A stretch of DNA of 64,000 nucleotides from Eledone cirrhosa (lineage: Eukaryota). This document shows, in pieces, positions 60,990 through 64,000 of this stretch. The first letter of the stretch is position 1; each line of letters begins with the position of its first letter. The DNA lies in the NCBI GenBank assembly GCA_964016885.1, contig OZ024743.1, positions 57,226,001-57,290,000 on the forward strand, in the 5' to 3' direction. The notes beneath the pieces were generated by a model. It had not been told where the DNA came from. It saw only the letters and a list, made by a program, of their open reading frames with translations, and made no database searches. A program made the position numbers and the translations under genes.

Positions 60990-62845
60990 TATCTCAATGC
61001 TATGCACAGCAGCCGCATCTGCTCTAGGGTCAAGGTGAACGGCTACCTCTCGGAGCCGTTCGAAATCGCGCGGTCCATCCGACAGGGGTGCCCTCTCTCC
61101 TCCCTTCTGTATGTAGTGACTCTAGAGCCACTGCTGCGGAAGTTGGAGTTGTTGCAGGGCATCCCGTTGGAACCGGGATTGCGGAAAGCGGTGTCAGCCT
61201 ACGCCGATGACGTAACAGTAATGGTGTCGACGGCCTCGGAAATCGGGGCGATCGGCACCTTACTGGAGGAGTACGAAAGGTTTACAGGGGCTAAGCTGAA
61301 CCGGGACAAGTTGATCGGTCTGCAACTCGGCACGTGGAGGGGCAGATCGATGCCCTCCGATGGCGTCGTCGGGCGCTGGACGGAGGGCCCGGTGAAATTG
61401 CTCGGGATCTGGTTCGGACCAGACCTCCAGGTGGAGAAGAACTGGGGTGAGGTGACGAGCAGGGTGTTTGCACTGACCCAGAAGTGGGCCGAGTGCAAAC
61501 TGTCCCTGAAAGGTCGGGCGGAGGTGGCGAACACTTATATAGCGTCCGTCATCTACTACCGCCTGACCGTGGTGCCTTGCCCAAGGGAAACGCTCGCCAA
61601 AATGGAGCGCGCACTCTTCCAATTCCTTTGGAAGAAGCGGGCTCCTATGGTGAGGAGATCCATCTGCTGTCAACACCCTTCGAAAGGAGGGCTGGGGATG
61701 CCGTGGCTGATGATACGTAAACACGCATTAAGGCTACGGCACCTTCAGGTATTCCTCTCCGGTCAACCGGTGTGGGCCCCGTTTGTGAGGCGAGCCTTTC
61801 CCAGACTCGTCTCACTCACCGAGCTGCAATCCTGGGTCAAGCAAAGACCGAGAAAACTGGGCGCCTGGCACACCGAGTGTGCCCAGGCGCTCACGGCTCT
61901 CTGGCAGGCGGACCCGACTGTCAGTGGAGAATCCACCTCGTCATTCTATAGAGGGCTGGTGGTTAGCAGGTGCGACGACGCCCTCGGAGAAGCCCTAGGC
62001 ATGGAGGAAGACGAACTGGCCAACCTGTTCGGTAGGACATTCAGCCCGGGACCCATGGATAACTTCCAGAGGTCCCTGACCTGGCAATGCTACAGAAGGG
62101 CTCTGCCCGTTCGATAAAGGCTCTACAGACATGGGCGCCCGGGTAGGGACCCATCGAAAAAGGTCTGTCCCAGATGCGTGTGCGACGAGGAAACCGTTGC
62201 ACACGCATTGGTACACTGCTCGGGCATTGCCGATCTGTGGGGCTATGTCGAACAACTGCTGTCAAGGGTGGGACCGATCCGGTTGACCACCGAGTCTATT
62301 GTAACGATCAAGCCGCCTCCCCTCTTCAAAAACGAAGGAGAGGCGGTGTTTCTGTGCGTAATAGCCATGGCGAAAGAGGTTGTATGGTGGACGCGTCTGA
62401 AAGGACTGAGGTCAGACACCTTTCTCTCTGGCCAACAACTGGTCCGTTTCTTCCGATATCATTTCGGAAGGAAGATCAGGATGGAGAGAGAGGTGCTGCA
62501 CCCCAGCCGTTTCTATGAAAGATGGGTGAAAGTGGCGAGAATGGCCCGTGTGAATGGGCCTTCACTCTACATCAGACTATAGGTGAGGAAGATGAAAGAC
62601 CAAGGGAGCACCCCTTCTCTGTGCTCCTGAGGAGAAGGGTTGCACACTTTTTTCGGGGGTGTGTGCGACCCCCCAAGGCGCCTCCTCTCTATTGAGGACT
62701 TTGTTATAAATTTTATTTTTTGTTATATTTTATTTTATTTTTATATATTGTTATTGCCTCCTCCTTATTGAGGACGCCTTGTTTTGTAAACTCCCCCATT
62801 GTACTTGTCCCACTTTTGATGCCCTGGTGGCAAATAAAAGAAACA
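60990..62845 (+). mobile_element. 5'-truncated Tx1/L1-group LINE (RT C-half + Cys domain)
   Basis: IRQGCPLS, AYADD, GGLGMP, CPRC..ETVAHALVHC; frameshift near 62115; stop at 62580-62582; AATAAA at ~62833. Confidence 0.92.
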
Positions 62846-62855
62846 TATCTATCTA

Positions 62856-64000
62856 TCTCGAACACTTTTATAGCGTCCGCCATCTACTACCGCTTGACCG
62901 TCGTGCCTTGTCCAGCCAAAACGCTCGCCAAAATGGAGCGCGCCCTCTTCCGATTCCTTTGGAAGAGGCGGGCTCCTTTGGTAAGAAGATCCATCTGCTG
63001 CCAACACCCTTCTAACGGAGGGCTGGGGATGCCGTGGTTGACGATGCGCAAACACGCGCTCAGGCTGCGGCATCTCTACGTATTCCTCACCGGACAACCG
63101 GTGTGGGCCCCGTTCGTGAGGCGAGCCTTCCCACGACTCGTCTCGCTGACCGAGCTGCAGTCCTGGGTCAAGCAGAGACCGAGGAAAATGGGCGACTGGC
63201 ACATCGAATGTGCTCAGGCGCTCACAGCCCTCTGGCAGGCGGACCCGGCGATCAGTGGAGACTCCACTTCGTCATTCTATAGAGGGTTGGTCCGCAGCAA
63301 GTGCGACGACGCGCTCGGTGAAACTCTAGGCGTGGAGGAAGATGAACTGGCCAGTCTGTTCGGTAGGACCTTCCGCCCGGGACCGATGGACAACTTCCAA
63401 AAGTCCCTGGCCTGGCAGTGCTACCGAGGAGCTCTACCAGTTCGAGACAAGCTCTACAGACATGGGCGCCCGGGCAGGGAACCTGCAAAAAAGATCTGTC
63501 CGAGGTGCGTGCGAGACGAAGAAACCGTCGCGCACGCATTCATACACTGCCCGGGCGTCACTGACCTGTGGGGCTATGTGGAACGACTATTGTCGCGGGT
63601 GGGACCAATCCAGTTGACCACCGAGTCCATTGTCATGATCAAACCGCCACCCTCCTTCAAAAACGAAGGAGAGGCGGTTTTCCTTTGTGTGATAGCTATG
63701 GCGAAAGAGGTTGTATGGTGGACAAGGTTGAAAGGGCTGAGGTCAGACACCTTTCTCTCCGGCCAACAACTGATTCTTTTTTTCAAATACCACTTTGGAA
63801 GAAGAATCAGGATGGAGAGAGAGGTGCTGTACCCCAGCAAGTTTTATGAAAGGTGGGTGAAAGTGGCGAGAATGGCCCGAGTGAATGGGCCTTCTCTCTA
63901 TATCAGCCTGTAGGTTGAGGAAAAGGAGGAGGAGAGGAAAGGAGTACAAGCTCTTCGTACTCCTGGAGATGAGGGTTGCACATTTTTTTCGGGGGTCTGT
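62856..64000 (+). mobile_element. Second tandem 5'-truncated Tx1 copy
   Basis: Open frame to 63913, highly similar to 61530-62582; 3' UTR runs off the window. Confidence 0.92.

Overview
An AT-rich, microsatellite-saturated, apparently intergenic or intronic animal genomic window. The SINE families and (TA)n/(CA)n density suggest a cephalopod such as Octopus (inference). No host protein-coding gene, tRNA, rRNA or CRISPR array is recognisable; most ORF-track entries are translated microsatellites. Recognisable coding sequence is all retroelement-derived: Penelope-like elements (RT + GIY-YIG; 11742-13723 and a relic at 41757-42900), an RTE LINE (37566-40580), three Tx1/L1-type copies (46140-49790, 60990-62845, 62856-64000), a Dong/R4 element (49830-53125), and CRE and CR1-type fragments. 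Also present are Helitron and mariner/hAT-type MITEs, many tRNA-derived SINEs and a ~120-copy 29-bp minisatellite. The most notable hidden signal is a dense set of short, (TA)n-embedded, fold-back inserts from about ten families that carry type I hammerhead ribozyme motifs. Several have canonical cores and several have a compensatory U3-A8 core. One is a ~322-bp multimeric, covarying, retrozyme-like unit (23020-23996). All folds were read by eye; none was computed.
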